Shown here piece by piece: positions 1-7,953 of a stretch of DNA of 29,492 bases; positions within the stretch are counted from its first letter, which is position 1, and every line of letters begins with the position of its first letter. Source of the stretch: Desulfurococcaceae archaeon. Its GTDB lineage: Archaea; Thermoproteota; Thermoprotei_A; Sulfolobales; Desulfurococcaceae. The stretch spans positions 1 to 29,492 of the forward strand of contig JAWBAI010000012.1 in the NCBI GenBank assembly GCA_038816475.1, in the 5' to 3' direction. The notes below the pieces were generated by a model. The model was not told the origin of the DNA, ran no database searches, and worked only from the letters and a program-made list of their open reading frames with translations. The translations under genes and the position numbers were made by a program.

Positions 1-1
1 G

Positions 2-154
2 ACTCTAATTGTGAAGTTCTACAGAGCTGGTATCAATGACTTCCTGTATACAACACCTATTCACACCACTAATAGCACGGTAGTGTACTACTGGTGGTAC
101 AAGGATAACGACCCAATGACCTACGAAATACAGCTCACTCCCTACTATCCCTGA
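2..154 (+). CDS. 3' end of an unknown protein (partial, begins before the window)
   Basis: Frame 2 is open from the window edge: TLIVKFYRAGINDFLYTTPIHTTNSTVVYYWWYKDNDPMTYEIQLTPYYP, TGA at 152-154. The Tyr/Thr/Trp-rich composition with an NST sequon suggests an extracellular protein (inference). Confidence 0.55.
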   Translation, partial: TLIVKFYRAGINDFLYTTPIHTTNSTVVYYWWYKDNDPMTYEIQLTPYYP

Positions 155-615
155 AGAGGGAAAGCCGCGAAGAACACTTCATCTCGGTAAAAGAGCCGTG
201 CAATGTAAACGTGTAGAAGTTGCGTAGTAGACCATGGCTACCCCGTTCAGATCACTCTAAAAGCACCCGCTACAATACTGCTCGGAAACCATACCGCCAG
301 CTAGTTGCTTGGTGCTTAATGAAGTCGTTCCGTAATTACTCCTAGAACGGGTTATGCCGTGGTTTACTGTAGCTATTAATCACTCAACGCTGAGATCAAG
401 AGCACTCTTTGAGCTACTAACCTGTGGAGGCCTTTGATCACCGGATACCCGTGTTTTCGGTCCTTGACGATTCTGCATGCTTCATGGCTGATTTCAAGGA
501 ACGAGCTTACTCTTGTAACCTGGAACACTACGTTAATAAGAGTAGAGTTTCCTCAACCGGTTCAGTACACGTCTTTACGCATCTTCGAGGGCTATGATCC
601 CAGCCCTATTCTTTG

Positions 616-2145
616 CTAACTATAGTGTTTAGCCATTTCCTCGTTTCCAGGTAGCTTGAGTATGGCGTCTATAACTTCTTCTACTTGTCTTGTGCTCTTG
701 GTTCTAGGGTCTACTATTAACCAGTTGAACAAGTGTTCTCGTCCACCGGACAAGAAGGCTTCTATTGCCCATTCAGCTCTCATAAGCCTATGCATCATTA
801 CGTACTTTAGCACTTTGCTCGGTAAACTCGTGGTAACAACAGGCTCTATACTTCTCCCTGTTAATCTTGCTGGAACCTCCACGGCTACGTTGTCCGGTAC
901 ACCTACGAGCACTCCGTTATTGACTGTGTTGACCTGTATTGGAACAGGTATAGGCTTTGAACCGGGTATTGGTAAGTACAGCTCGTATCGGTCCTTGTCT
1001 ACGTTGTTCGCCAGAGAGTCAATTATTTCAACTAGGGATTCTCCGCTTGGTTTAGGTGGATACCTCGATGTTAATGGAGTTGATAAATCGAAGACGTTTG
1101 ATGCAAGCTCTTTCAGTTTGATCCTCAGGTGTGCAATGTACATGGACCAACCGATCTCGGAGTCGGGTCCTCCGTATGGTCCGTACCAGTACTGCTTGGT
1201 CTTGAGATCCCAGTGGTACTTCCATGTTCCACCTCTTACGGTATCTCCTATTGGTAGTAGTCCGTAGGTTCTGTACATATCTACTGCAGCCGGTGATAGG
1301 TCTATGTCAAAGGGGTTGTAGGTGTGTTCTCTCCAGACCTTCCAGTAGTGTTCAGCGTCCTCCTTGATCCAGTCGTCAAGGTACTTGTAGGCGTCTTCAC
1401 CTTTGTACTTGAACTTCGTTAACCATATGACGTGGTTAAACCCGACCATTTCAACTTCAAGCTCCTCTAAGCTTAGCAAGCTCTGGATAACCAAGTAGCA
1501 TTCGGGGTGCTCTGCAGCACACTCGGAGACTATGTTAACTCCCTTCTCCTTCGCTAGCCTCATTCCGAGAACCAGCACTGCTGATTTCAAGTACCCGAGG
1601 TGTCCGTGGCACAACCCAATGTACTTGACCTTGGATTTTCTGAATGCAAGTGTTGAAAGCTCGAGCACAGGGTTTGCTACGTTTATGAACCAAGCACTTG
1701 GTGATAACTCCTCAATGTCCTCTAGTATATCGGTGAAAAGCTTGAACTGGTAGTAGCCCCATATAGTGTGGTAGTCTGAGACGTAGTTCCACTCTACGCT
1801 GTTTATACCTCTGTAGTAACCGTGCTTCTCCGAAACCTCTCTGAGCAACTCGTAGTACCCGTGACCACGAGCCATAGCGGAGTTTACCACGAAGTCGGCG
1901 TCCTTGATAGCCTCTCTTCTATCAAAGGTTTTGTAGACCCGGGCTCCGGCTCTGAGCTCTTCGATGTACCTTTTTGTGAATCCGTATATAACTTCCAGTC
2001 TCCAGGGGTCTATGTCCATTAACCATATATCAACTCGGTCACGTAGTCTCCTGTTGATCAAGAGGTCTACCACGATGGTACTAGACCATACTGCGCTACC
2101 AGCACCAATAAACGCGATTTTCAACCTCTCCAAAGGCATCACCAC
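616..2145 (-). CDS. Glycoside hydrolase family 4 (NAD+/Mn2+-dependent alpha-glucosidase/alpha-galactosidase type)
   Basis: Motifs KIAFIGAGS (NAD binding), ADFVVNS, NVANP, GLCHG (metal-binding Cys) and GFNHVIW; resembles Thermotoga AglA-type GH4. The real start may be ATG 2139. Confidence 0.9.
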   Translation of the reverse strand: MVMPLERLKIAFIGAGSAVWSSTIVVDLLINRRLRDRVDIWLMDIDPWRLEVIYGFTKRYIEELRAGARVYKTFDRREAIKDADFVVNSAMARGHGYYELLREVSEKHGYYRGINSVEWNYVSDYHTIWGYYQFKLFTDILEDIEELSPSAWFINVANPVLELSTLAFRKSKVKYIGLCHGHLGYLKSAVLVLGMRLAKEKGVNIVSECAAEHPECYLVIQSLLSLEELEVEMVGFNHVIWLTKFKYKGEDAYKYLDDWIKEDAEHYWKVWREHTYNPFDIDLSPAAVDMYRTYGLLPIGDTVRGGTWKYHWDLKTKQYWYGPYGGPDSEIGWSMYIAHLRIKLKELASNVFDLSTPLTSRYPPKPSGESLVEIIDSLANNVDKDRYELYLPIPGSKPIPVPIQVNTVNNGVLVGVPDNVAVEVPARLTGRSIEPVVTTSLPSKVLKYVMMHRLMRAEWAIEAFLSGGREHLFNWLIVDPRTKSTRQVEEVIDAILKLPGNEEMAKHYS

Positions 2146-2258
2146 GTGACTATAGGAACAAAAACATAAATATAGTACCAGAGAGTCCGCTACCCGTGTG
2201 TTTTTAAACCAAGCTCTATATTTCTTGGTATTCTAACATGGAGTAGGTACTGCTGCAT

Positions 2259-3002
2259 ATGACCCTGCTCTGGAAGACAGGAATACCTAAACGAATATAC
2301 GCAAGACTCTACTGTAGCTGGAGGAGAGTTAAACGCGAGGTTGAATTACTGAAAGAGATCTTCTCAAAATTTAACGCGAAGAACCTTGTTGAGTTCGGTT
2401 GTGGTTTAGGGAGACATGGTTATCTATTGTCTAAAATGGGCTTTAACGTGGTGTTAACAGATGCCGTGGACTGGAGGTACGGTGTAGCAAGGAAGCTTCC
2501 ATTCGTTAAGCTGGATGTTCTGGACGATAACTCGACTTTAGAGGGGGTTTTCGACGGAGGATACGCAGTGAATTTCCTTACGATTTTCAAGTATAAAGAC
2601 ATGGTTAAAGCTCTAAAGAACATAGGAAGGATTATTGGTAAAGGTGTTTTCGTAGCAGATTACAACTTCACGCTTTACAAAGAACCACGTGTAGTGTACG
2701 TCAAAGTTGGTGGAGAGACCTATAAAGCTGTACTGGAGAAGGAGAAGAGAACTCCTATAGAGGATGGCGGCATGCTCTACAGCTACAGGGTCAAGGTTCT
2801 CGATAAGCACGGTAATGTTGTTGGAGTCGAGGAAGACTCCTACCCCGTGTATGGTAAAGATGTTGTTTTCAGAGCTATAAAAGAAGCTGGTTTCAGAATA
2901 GCGGATCTCGTATGGGTTACGTGGGATCCCGTGAAGTACGTGTATAAGTTTACCGGTAAAAGAGAATCCGATAGCGCTTTCATTGTAATGGTGAACTACT
3001 AG
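2259..3002 (+). CDS. Class I SAM-dependent methyltransferase
   Basis: Motif I VEFGCGLGRH, then VVLTD and FDGGYAV; 247 aa. Substrate unknown. Confidence 0.8.
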   Translation: MTLLWKTGIPKRIYARLYCSWRRVKREVELLKEIFSKFNAKNLVEFGCGLGRHGYLLSKMGFNVVLTDAVDWRYGVARKLPFVKLDVLDDNSTLEGVFDGGYAVNFLTIFKYKDMVKALKNIGRIIGKGVFVADYNFTLYKEPRVVYVKVGGETYKAVLEKEKRTPIEDGGMLYSYRVKVLDKHGNVVGVEEDSYPVYGKDVVFRAIKEAGFRIADLVWVTWDPVKYVYKFTGKRESDSAFIVMVNY

Positions 3003-3077
3003 CATGTGAAGGACTTTATCCACATCTGCTCTGATGCTAACCTAATACTATTTGTATTAGAGTCTCAGCCACAGCGA

Positions 3078-4454
3078 CTACCAGCCGGTCATGTAGTTCA
3101 GCACGTCATCAGGTACTTTGTTTTCTTCAACATCCCTTATCGAATTTTCTAGAGCTACGAGTGCTTTCTCAACGTCTTCTTCCGGTATGTTCAACGGAGG
3201 TGCTACTCTAATAACGTTTCCATGAGTTCCCACTGTAAGCAGTATTACCCCGTTTTCCCAAGCTCTCCAAACGGCTTTTAATGCTAGTGGTTTACTAGGC
3301 TTCTTCGAGCTTTTGTTCTCAACAACCTCTAAGCCGATCAGCAAGCCGAGTCCTCTTACATCGTCAACGATTCTACTACTGTTTCCAATCTCCACCAACC
3401 TCCTGTAAAGGTGCTCCCCCAGTCTTGAGGCTCTCTCGACAAGTTTTTCCTTCTCTATAATCTCGATCGTCGCTAGTGCTGATGCAACCGAGAGAGCGTG
3501 TCCAGCTAGTGTGAACATGAGTCCAACTGGTGGAACATTATCCAGCACGCTCGACCGTCCGATCACAGCTGAAATAGGCATTCCACCACCGAGAGCTTTA
3601 CCAGCAACCAGGAGATCTGGTTCAACTCCGAAGTGCTCGATAGCCCACCATCTCCCTGTTCTACCCATACCGGTTTTAACCTCGTCTAATACGAGTAGAG
3701 CACCGTACTCGCGTGTAAGCTTATCCAGCTCCTGTACGAAGTACCTTGGTGGAACAATTATTCCACCATCGCCCTGAACAGGTTCGAGGATCACAGCTGC
3801 AATGTTACCCCCTGTGCTCCTGAACGCTTTTTCAACGGTATCGAGAGCTCTATTCGAGAGCTCTACCGGGTTCTCGTACCCGTTTATCCCCCACGGGTTC
3901 CTGTAGGGGTTAGCGTACTCGGCGAACAGAACGTTCTTCGAGAGTTTAAAGGTGCTTCTAACGGTTTCACCGAATATACCGGACGCTGACATAGACAAGT
4001 AGGTTGAACCGTGGAAAGATCCTCTGAAGGCTAAAACGTACTCTCTTCCAGTGTAAGCCATCGAGACTTGTAGTGCGATATCCACAGCGTCGGAGCCGGA
4101 GAACCCGAAAAGCACTTTCTTCTGGAAGCTTCCCGGGGTTATCTCGGTTAGTTTTCTAGCAAGCAAGCACGGCTCCTCCGCGTAGAAGTACACCAGTGGG
4201 TAAGCCATGTACTTACCCAGCTGTTCTACGATTGCTTTTGCAACGTATTCGTGGAGATGACCAATGTTGAACACTGCAGCTCCGGATACGAAGTCTATGT
4301 ACTCATTACCATCAGAATCTACAATTCTACAACCTCTGCTCCTAGCAACTACAAGTGGGTAGTACTTAAGAAAAGCGCATCTGGGAAACAGCTTGTTCGT
4401 CAGCTCTAGAACCTCGATAGCTCTTCTCAGTCTAAGCTTAGCAGAGTATTCCAT
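3078..4454 (-). CDS. PLP-dependent class-III aminotransferase-fold enzyme, probably of the amino-acid racemase subfamily
   Basis: Motifs DSDGNEYIDF, FSGSDAVD, SFHG, EPVQGD, DEVKTGMGRTG, AGKALGGG (PLP Lys) and IRVAPPLNI. Start moved to ATG 4454 (MEYSAK), which has a GTGGTGG RBS-like sequence upstream; the ORF-track extension to 4592 does not look coding. Confidence 0.85.
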   Translation of the reverse strand: MEYSAKLRLRRAIEVLELTNKLFPRCAFLKYYPLVVARSRGCRIVDSDGNEYIDFVSGAAVFNIGHLHEYVAKAIVEQLGKYMAYPLVYFYAEEPCLLARKLTEITPGSFQKKVLFGFSGSDAVDIALQVSMAYTGREYVLAFRGSFHGSTYLSMSASGIFGETVRSTFKLSKNVLFAEYANPYRNPWGINGYENPVELSNRALDTVEKAFRSTGGNIAAVILEPVQGDGGIIVPPRYFVQELDKLTREYGALLVLDEVKTGMGRTGRWWAIEHFGVEPDLLVAGKALGGGMPISAVIGRSSVLDNVPPVGLMFTLAGHALSVASALATIEIIEKEKLVERASRLGEHLYRRLVEIGNSSRIVDDVRGLGLLIGLEVVENKSSKKPSKPLALKAVWRAWENGVILLTVGTHGNVIRVAPPLNIPEEDVEKALVALENSIRDVEENKVPDDVLNYMTGW

Positions 4455-4569
4455 GACCACCACATGTAAGTTTTGTTTGAAAGAGAGTTGATAACTGTTT
4501 TTGCGTGCTAGGTTTTTGTGGGTTTCTCGTGGATGCTTATGGTTCTCGAGGTGATTAAGTTTAGCAATG

Positions 4570-4577
4570 TTTATAAA
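4570..4577 (+). promoter_or_regulatory. TATA box, candidate promoter of the structured RNA
   Basis: TTTATAAA ends about 20 nt before the GC-rich structured segment at 4598, close to archaeal TATA-to-start spacing. It is palindromic, so it could instead act on the minus strand. Confidence 0.45.
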
Positions 4578-4597
4578 CCAGGTGAGTAACAACTGCT

Positions 4598-4700
4598 CCT
4601 GGTGACCCTGGGTTTCCGAGACCCACGGCAGACCGTGGAGAGGGGGCTCAGGGAAACCGTGATGACCCGCCCTAGGAAAACCTAGAGCGGGAAACGGTTT
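4598..4700 (+). ncRNA. Structured non-coding RNA, candidate TnpB omegaRNA scaffold
   Basis: 64 of 103 nt are G/C within AT-rich flanks. Visible stems: CCTG4598/CAGG4649, CCCT4606/AGGG4641, GGGTTT4610/AGACCC4619, CCACGG4623/CCGTGG4633, and the long hairpin AAACCGT-GATGA-CCCGC-C-CTAGG-AAAA-CCTAG-A-GCGGG-AA-ACGGTTT (4654-4700), which has a kink-turn-like internal loop. Confidence 0.55.
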
Positions 4701-4832
4701 ATCTCAAAACATTCGATGTAAAATATGAATATAAAGCATGGTTTGTGGAGAGTGCTTAATCATGAACTTGAATTAAATAAGCTTGGAACTTGAAATAGGT
4801 TGTTACTGGGGACATTGCAAGGTGTGTTCTTA

Positions 4833-5159
4833 TTGTTTAGTTGCATACCCGAGGACTTAATGAGAGCTCTTGAATCTTTTGCTACTAGAGTTAGGGAAGC
4901 TCTGGGAGACGCTGAAGTATACCTTTTTGGTAGCTATGCGCGGTGCGATTGGGTTGAGGATAGTGATGTAGACCTTGTAGTCGTCTCAGATGCGTTCAAA
5001 AACATGGATTTGGGAGAAAGGTATGCTTTAGTTAGAAAAATGCTACCATTGAATATGGGGTTTGAAATACTAACGTACACGCGTGAAGAGTTCGAGGTTG
5101 CTAAGAGGAGAAGCATTGTACTGCGAGACGCTTCCAATTACTGGATAAGAATAGCGTAG
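4833..5159 (+). CDS. Minimal nucleotidyltransferase (MNT) antitoxin
   Basis: VYLFGSYARCDWVEDSDVDLVVV carries the intact GS...DxD motif of pol-beta-like NTases. Start taken as TTG 4833 after GGTGTG; adjacent to a HEPN gene. Confidence 0.85.
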   Translation: MFSCIPEDLMRALESFATRVREALGDAEVYLFGSYARCDWVEDSDVDLVVVSDAFKNMDLGERYALVRKMLPLNMGFEILTYTREEFEVAKRRSIVLRDASNYWIRIA

Positions 5160-5170
5160 AGGGTTTTGAC

Positions 5171-5572
5171 GTGAGGGAGGAAGCGCTGGATTGGCTTGAA
5201 AGCGCACTCGTAGACCTCAACGAAGCAAGGGAAGCGTGTAAGCGTGGTAGCTACCACCTAGCATTGTTCCTAGCGCATCAAGCTGTGGAAAAAACACTTA
5301 AAGCATACATCATAGGCTTCAAGAGGAAGCTACCCCCGAGGTCCCACGACCTAGTAGAACTACTCTCACTGGCGGAGCTACAGCTGAATCCACAGGACTT
5401 CGAGTTGGTCTCGGAGCTTTCCCCCTACTATGTGGTTGCAAGGTACCCGAACGCTGGTCTAAGAAAACCCTGGATCGAGATAAGGCAGGGTACTGCTCAA
5501 AGGCTTCTAGGCGTAGCCGAGAGAGTAGTCAACAGCGTTAAAACATTGTTCGAGCAGGCTAAGACAAGTTAA
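5171..5572 (+). CDS. HEPN domain protein (COG2250-type), partner of the MNT
   Basis: Motifs WLESALVDL, FLAHQAVEKTLKA, RSHDL and YVVARYP; starts 11 nt after the MNT stop. Confidence 0.88.
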   Translation: MREEALDWLESALVDLNEAREACKRGSYHLALFLAHQAVEKTLKAYIIGFKRKLPPRSHDLVELLSLAELQLNPQDFELVSELSPYYVVARYPNAGLRKPWIEIRQGTAQRLLGVAERVVNSVKTLFEQAKTS

Positions 5573-5629
5573 ACTTATTATCCCAGGCTCACACTGGCAT
5601 ATTGCACGGTTGCACGGGTGACGTGGTCT

Positions 5630-6196
5630 ATGATAACTCGTGGTGAAGCCTTGAGCATACTACGCATGTACCTCAGTGACGAGAAGATAGTTAAGCACTG
5701 CATAGCTGTCGAAGCCATCATGAGAGCGGTAGCTAGGAGGCTGGGAGAAGACGAGGAGCTCTGGGGTCTCATAGGTCTTCTACACGACGTAGACTACGAC
5801 TACGTTAATAGAGATGGAAGCAAACATGGTCTCGGAGCACTGGAAATACTCAGCAATACTGGTTTACCGCGAGAAGCTCTGGAGGCTATCGCTGGGCACA
5901 ACGAGCACAACGGGTTTAAGGTGGAGAACGAAAAAGCGCAGAGAATACTTCATGCTCTCAGAGCAGCTGATCACGCGTCGGGGCTAATAATAGCTACAGC
6001 TCTCGTAATGCCGAACAAGAAGCTATCCGAGGTCAAGCTTGAAACCCTCCTCAGGAAGTTCAAAGCAAAGGACTTCGCCAGAGGAGTTGACAGGAGTAGG
6101 ATAAAAGAAATAGAGCACCTAGGAATCGGCCTAGAGGAGTTCCTATCGCTCTCGCTTCAGGCTCTCCAGGGAATAGCGGGCGAGCTTGGACTATAA
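5630..6196 (+). CDS. HD (HDIG-type) metal-dependent phosphohydrolase
   Basis: Motifs KHCIAVE, GLLHDVDY, KHG, IAGHN, AADH and KFKAKDFARGVDR. GGGTGA at 5616-5621 supports ATG 5630 as the start. Confidence 0.85.
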   Translation: MITRGEALSILRMYLSDEKIVKHCIAVEAIMRAVARRLGEDEELWGLIGLLHDVDYDYVNRDGSKHGLGALEILSNTGLPREALEAIAGHNEHNGFKVENEKAQRILHALRAADHASGLIIATALVMPNKKLSEVKLETLLRKFKAKDFARGVDRSRIKEIEHLGIGLEEFLSLSLQALQGIAGELGL

Positions 6197-6454
6197 TATA
6201 CTTAAGTTTACAAACGCGTTGCTCTACGCTGGTATTGCACACAAGTAAGGTAGTGGTGAACCCTGCGCACGCAGGTAGATAAGCATTATTGCATGAAGTT
6301 TTAGAAGTTTATTTCACACGTAGGTTTCTGGATACACATGGTTGCAGGAATTCCTAACCACGTTCGAGCAATACTGGGTACCATGGTTGAGGTTGAACAT
6401 GATCAACAGCGTTCAGTTGAGCGGGGTTTTAACCCTCAGAACGCGTTGTGAACC

Positions 6455-7294
6455 ATGGTGATGGATGCGTTGAACGAGTTGTTTGGTGCTGTAGAGGAGC
6501 TAATGAAACTTCCGTATGAAGAGTCCGTTAGGTTAGCTGTGGAGAAGTTGCTGGGTGTGAACATAGCCAGGGCGTTTGAGGAGTCCAACAGAATTCTCTG
6601 CGTTGCTCCACACCCGGATGATTGTGAGCTTGGAGCTGGTGGAACAATAGCCTCGTTGTCTCGTAGTGGTAAAGAGGTTTACATAGTTGTGGCAACAGAT
6701 GGTGGTCTTGGTACGTACGACCCTGAAATGCATCCATCGCAGCTCGCGGAGATAAGGAGAAAAGAGCAACTCGAGGCAGCTAGGCTAATGGGTGTTAAGC
6801 AGGTATACTGGCTTGGTTACAGGGATGGATTTATGCCCTACGACGCAGAGGCTAGATCCAGGCTGATAACGCTGTTCAGGTTGCTTAAACCCGATGTTGT
6901 TCTAGCACCGGATCCATGGCTTCCCTACAAAGCTCACCCGGACCACAGGCACACTGGACTACTAGCTGCTGAAGCTGCGCTGGTATCTGGTCTCCCCCAC
7001 TTCAACGAGGAGGATCTTCGAGCTGGTCTTAAACCCTGGAGTACTAGGTTCATAGCCTTCTACTACACTCATAGACCAAACTACTACCACGATATAACTG
7101 AAACGTTTGAAGTGAAACTTGAAGCACTTAAAGCCCATAGATCGCAATTCACCTCCAATTGGAGCTACTGGGAGTTCTACGTGAAGTTTACAGCCGCGCT
7201 CAACGGGAGAGCGATAAACACTGAGTATGCGGAAGCATTTAAGCTACTACCCACAGTACTACTGCACGTAGCACCCTTCGCAGAGGTGTTCTAA
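6455..7294 (+). CDS. dac: PIG-L family Zn deacetylase, N,N'-diacetylchitobiose deacetylase-like
   Basis: Motifs APHPDD, TDG, RRKE, DPWLPYxAHPDH, YYTHRPNY, AHRSQF and C-terminal LHVAPF, as I recall them from Thermococcales Dac. Confidence 0.8.
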   Translation: MVMDALNELFGAVEELMKLPYEESVRLAVEKLLGVNIARAFEESNRILCVAPHPDDCELGAGGTIASLSRSGKEVYIVVATDGGLGTYDPEMHPSQLAEIRRKEQLEAARLMGVKQVYWLGYRDGFMPYDAEARSRLITLFRLLKPDVVLAPDPWLPYKAHPDHRHTGLLAAEAALVSGLPHFNEEDLRAGLKPWSTRFIAFYYTHRPNYYHDITETFEVKLEALKAHRSQFTSNWSYWEFYVKFTAALNGRAINTEYAEAFKLLPTVLLHVAPFAEVF

Positions 7295-7857
7295 TGTTTA
7301 CCTCCCAAAGGCTCGTAGGAATCTGGAGATACACCGGTTTAATTGCTGTAGTGTTAGCCTGGATTGTAATAGCTGTTTCGATCGCGTATAACCCATGGTT
7401 TAACCTGTTTAAGCACGCTCTCAGTGATCTCGGTGATCCACGGCGGGCTAATCTCCCCTGGATCTACAACACGGGGTTGATTGCTACGGGTGCTGTAGCA
7501 TCTGTTTACTCCTTCTACTTAGCCTACAGGTCTACGAATAAGATACACACTTTCGCATCAGCACAGGTATTCGTAGCTGGCTTATTCCTGGCGTTGATCG
7601 GGGTATTCCCAAGTGGAACGAGACCACATGTTTTCGTCTCAGTATGGTTTTTCATCCAAATGTGGCTTGCTCTACTAGCAACTCTCGTTGGAATGGTAGT
7701 GGAGAAGAGGAAAACACACGCTACGTTACTAGCACTACTGGCTGTTCTAGGGCCTGCAGGTGCTCTACTGGTTAAATGGCCCTCGGTAGCTCTACTGGAG
7801 ATCTACGGCATAATCATAATCAACATCTACGCAGTCGTGTTAACAAAAACGTTTTAG
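7294..7857 (+). CDS. DUF998-family membrane protein
   Basis: Motifs NPWFN..HALSDLG, YNTGLI and LIGVFP...PH; about 6 hydrophobic segments. Translationally coupled to dac (TAATG overlap). Confidence 0.75.
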   Translation: MFTSQRLVGIWRYTGLIAVVLAWIVIAVSIAYNPWFNLFKHALSDLGDPRRANLPWIYNTGLIATGAVASVYSFYLAYRSTNKIHTFASAQVFVAGLFLALIGVFPSGTRPHVFVSVWFFIQMWLALLATLVGMVVEKRKTHATLLALLAVLGPAGALLVKWPSVALLEIYGIIIINIYAVVLTKTF

Positions 7858-7896
7858 TTATTTGTTAACATGGTCTCTCCGAGAACGGTCTAAGAC

Positions 7897-7914
7897 GAAG
7901 GAGTTAAAATAGTT
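7897..7914. repeat. 18-bp direct repeat, copy 1 (GAAGGAGTTAAAATAGTT)
   Basis: 17 of 18 bases identical to 13793-13810; the two copies bracket the ECF/salvage operon. Confidence 0.7.
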
Positions 7915-7953
7915 CATTGTACCTATGTAACCACGGTTTTCACAGAGCTCTCG

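Larger units (their letters stand above)
4501..4748 (+). mobile_element. Putative non-autonomous miniature IS607-derived element (left-end repeats, promoter, omegaRNA-like right part); boundaries approximate
   Basis: GG-initiated 10-mers at 4511, 4521, 4531 and 4541 (GGTTTTTGTG, GGTTTCTCGT, GGATGCTTAT, GGTTCTCGAG) resemble the phased GGTT repeats at 27777-27807. They are followed by a TATA box and a GC-rich structured segment; no ORF on this strand. Confidence 0.35.

Noticed and set aside
155-615. 460-bp spacer including ORF 434-619
   Set aside because: No recognisable protein motif, repeat or strong structure; the short ORF is probably spurious.
3042-3060. Small inverted repeats CTAATAC-N5-GTATTAG (3042-3060) and CCTGCG-CA-CGCAGG (6262-6275)
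   Set aside because: Stems of 6-7 bp are expected by chance in a window of this size.
4659-4695. Hammerhead ribozyme core (TGATGA...stem...GAAA)
   Set aside because: It reads GUGAUGA rather than CUGAUGA, and the flanks pair with each other as one hairpin instead of forming stems I and III with a cleavage triplet.
4637-4711. H/ACA guide RNA (kink-turn hairpin plus ACA at 4709-4711)
   Set aside because: There is no convincing lower stem or two-sided pseudouridylation pocket. It is not fully excluded without an Rfam search.
5602-6196. HD hydrolase as a third, de-AMPylating member of the MNT-HEPN module; also an 8-bp tandem TTGCACGG repeat at 5602-5617
   Set aside because: This HD family is widespread on its own and has an AT-rich promoter-like stretch upstream, so adjacency is the only evidence. 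The tandem repeat is too short to interpret.
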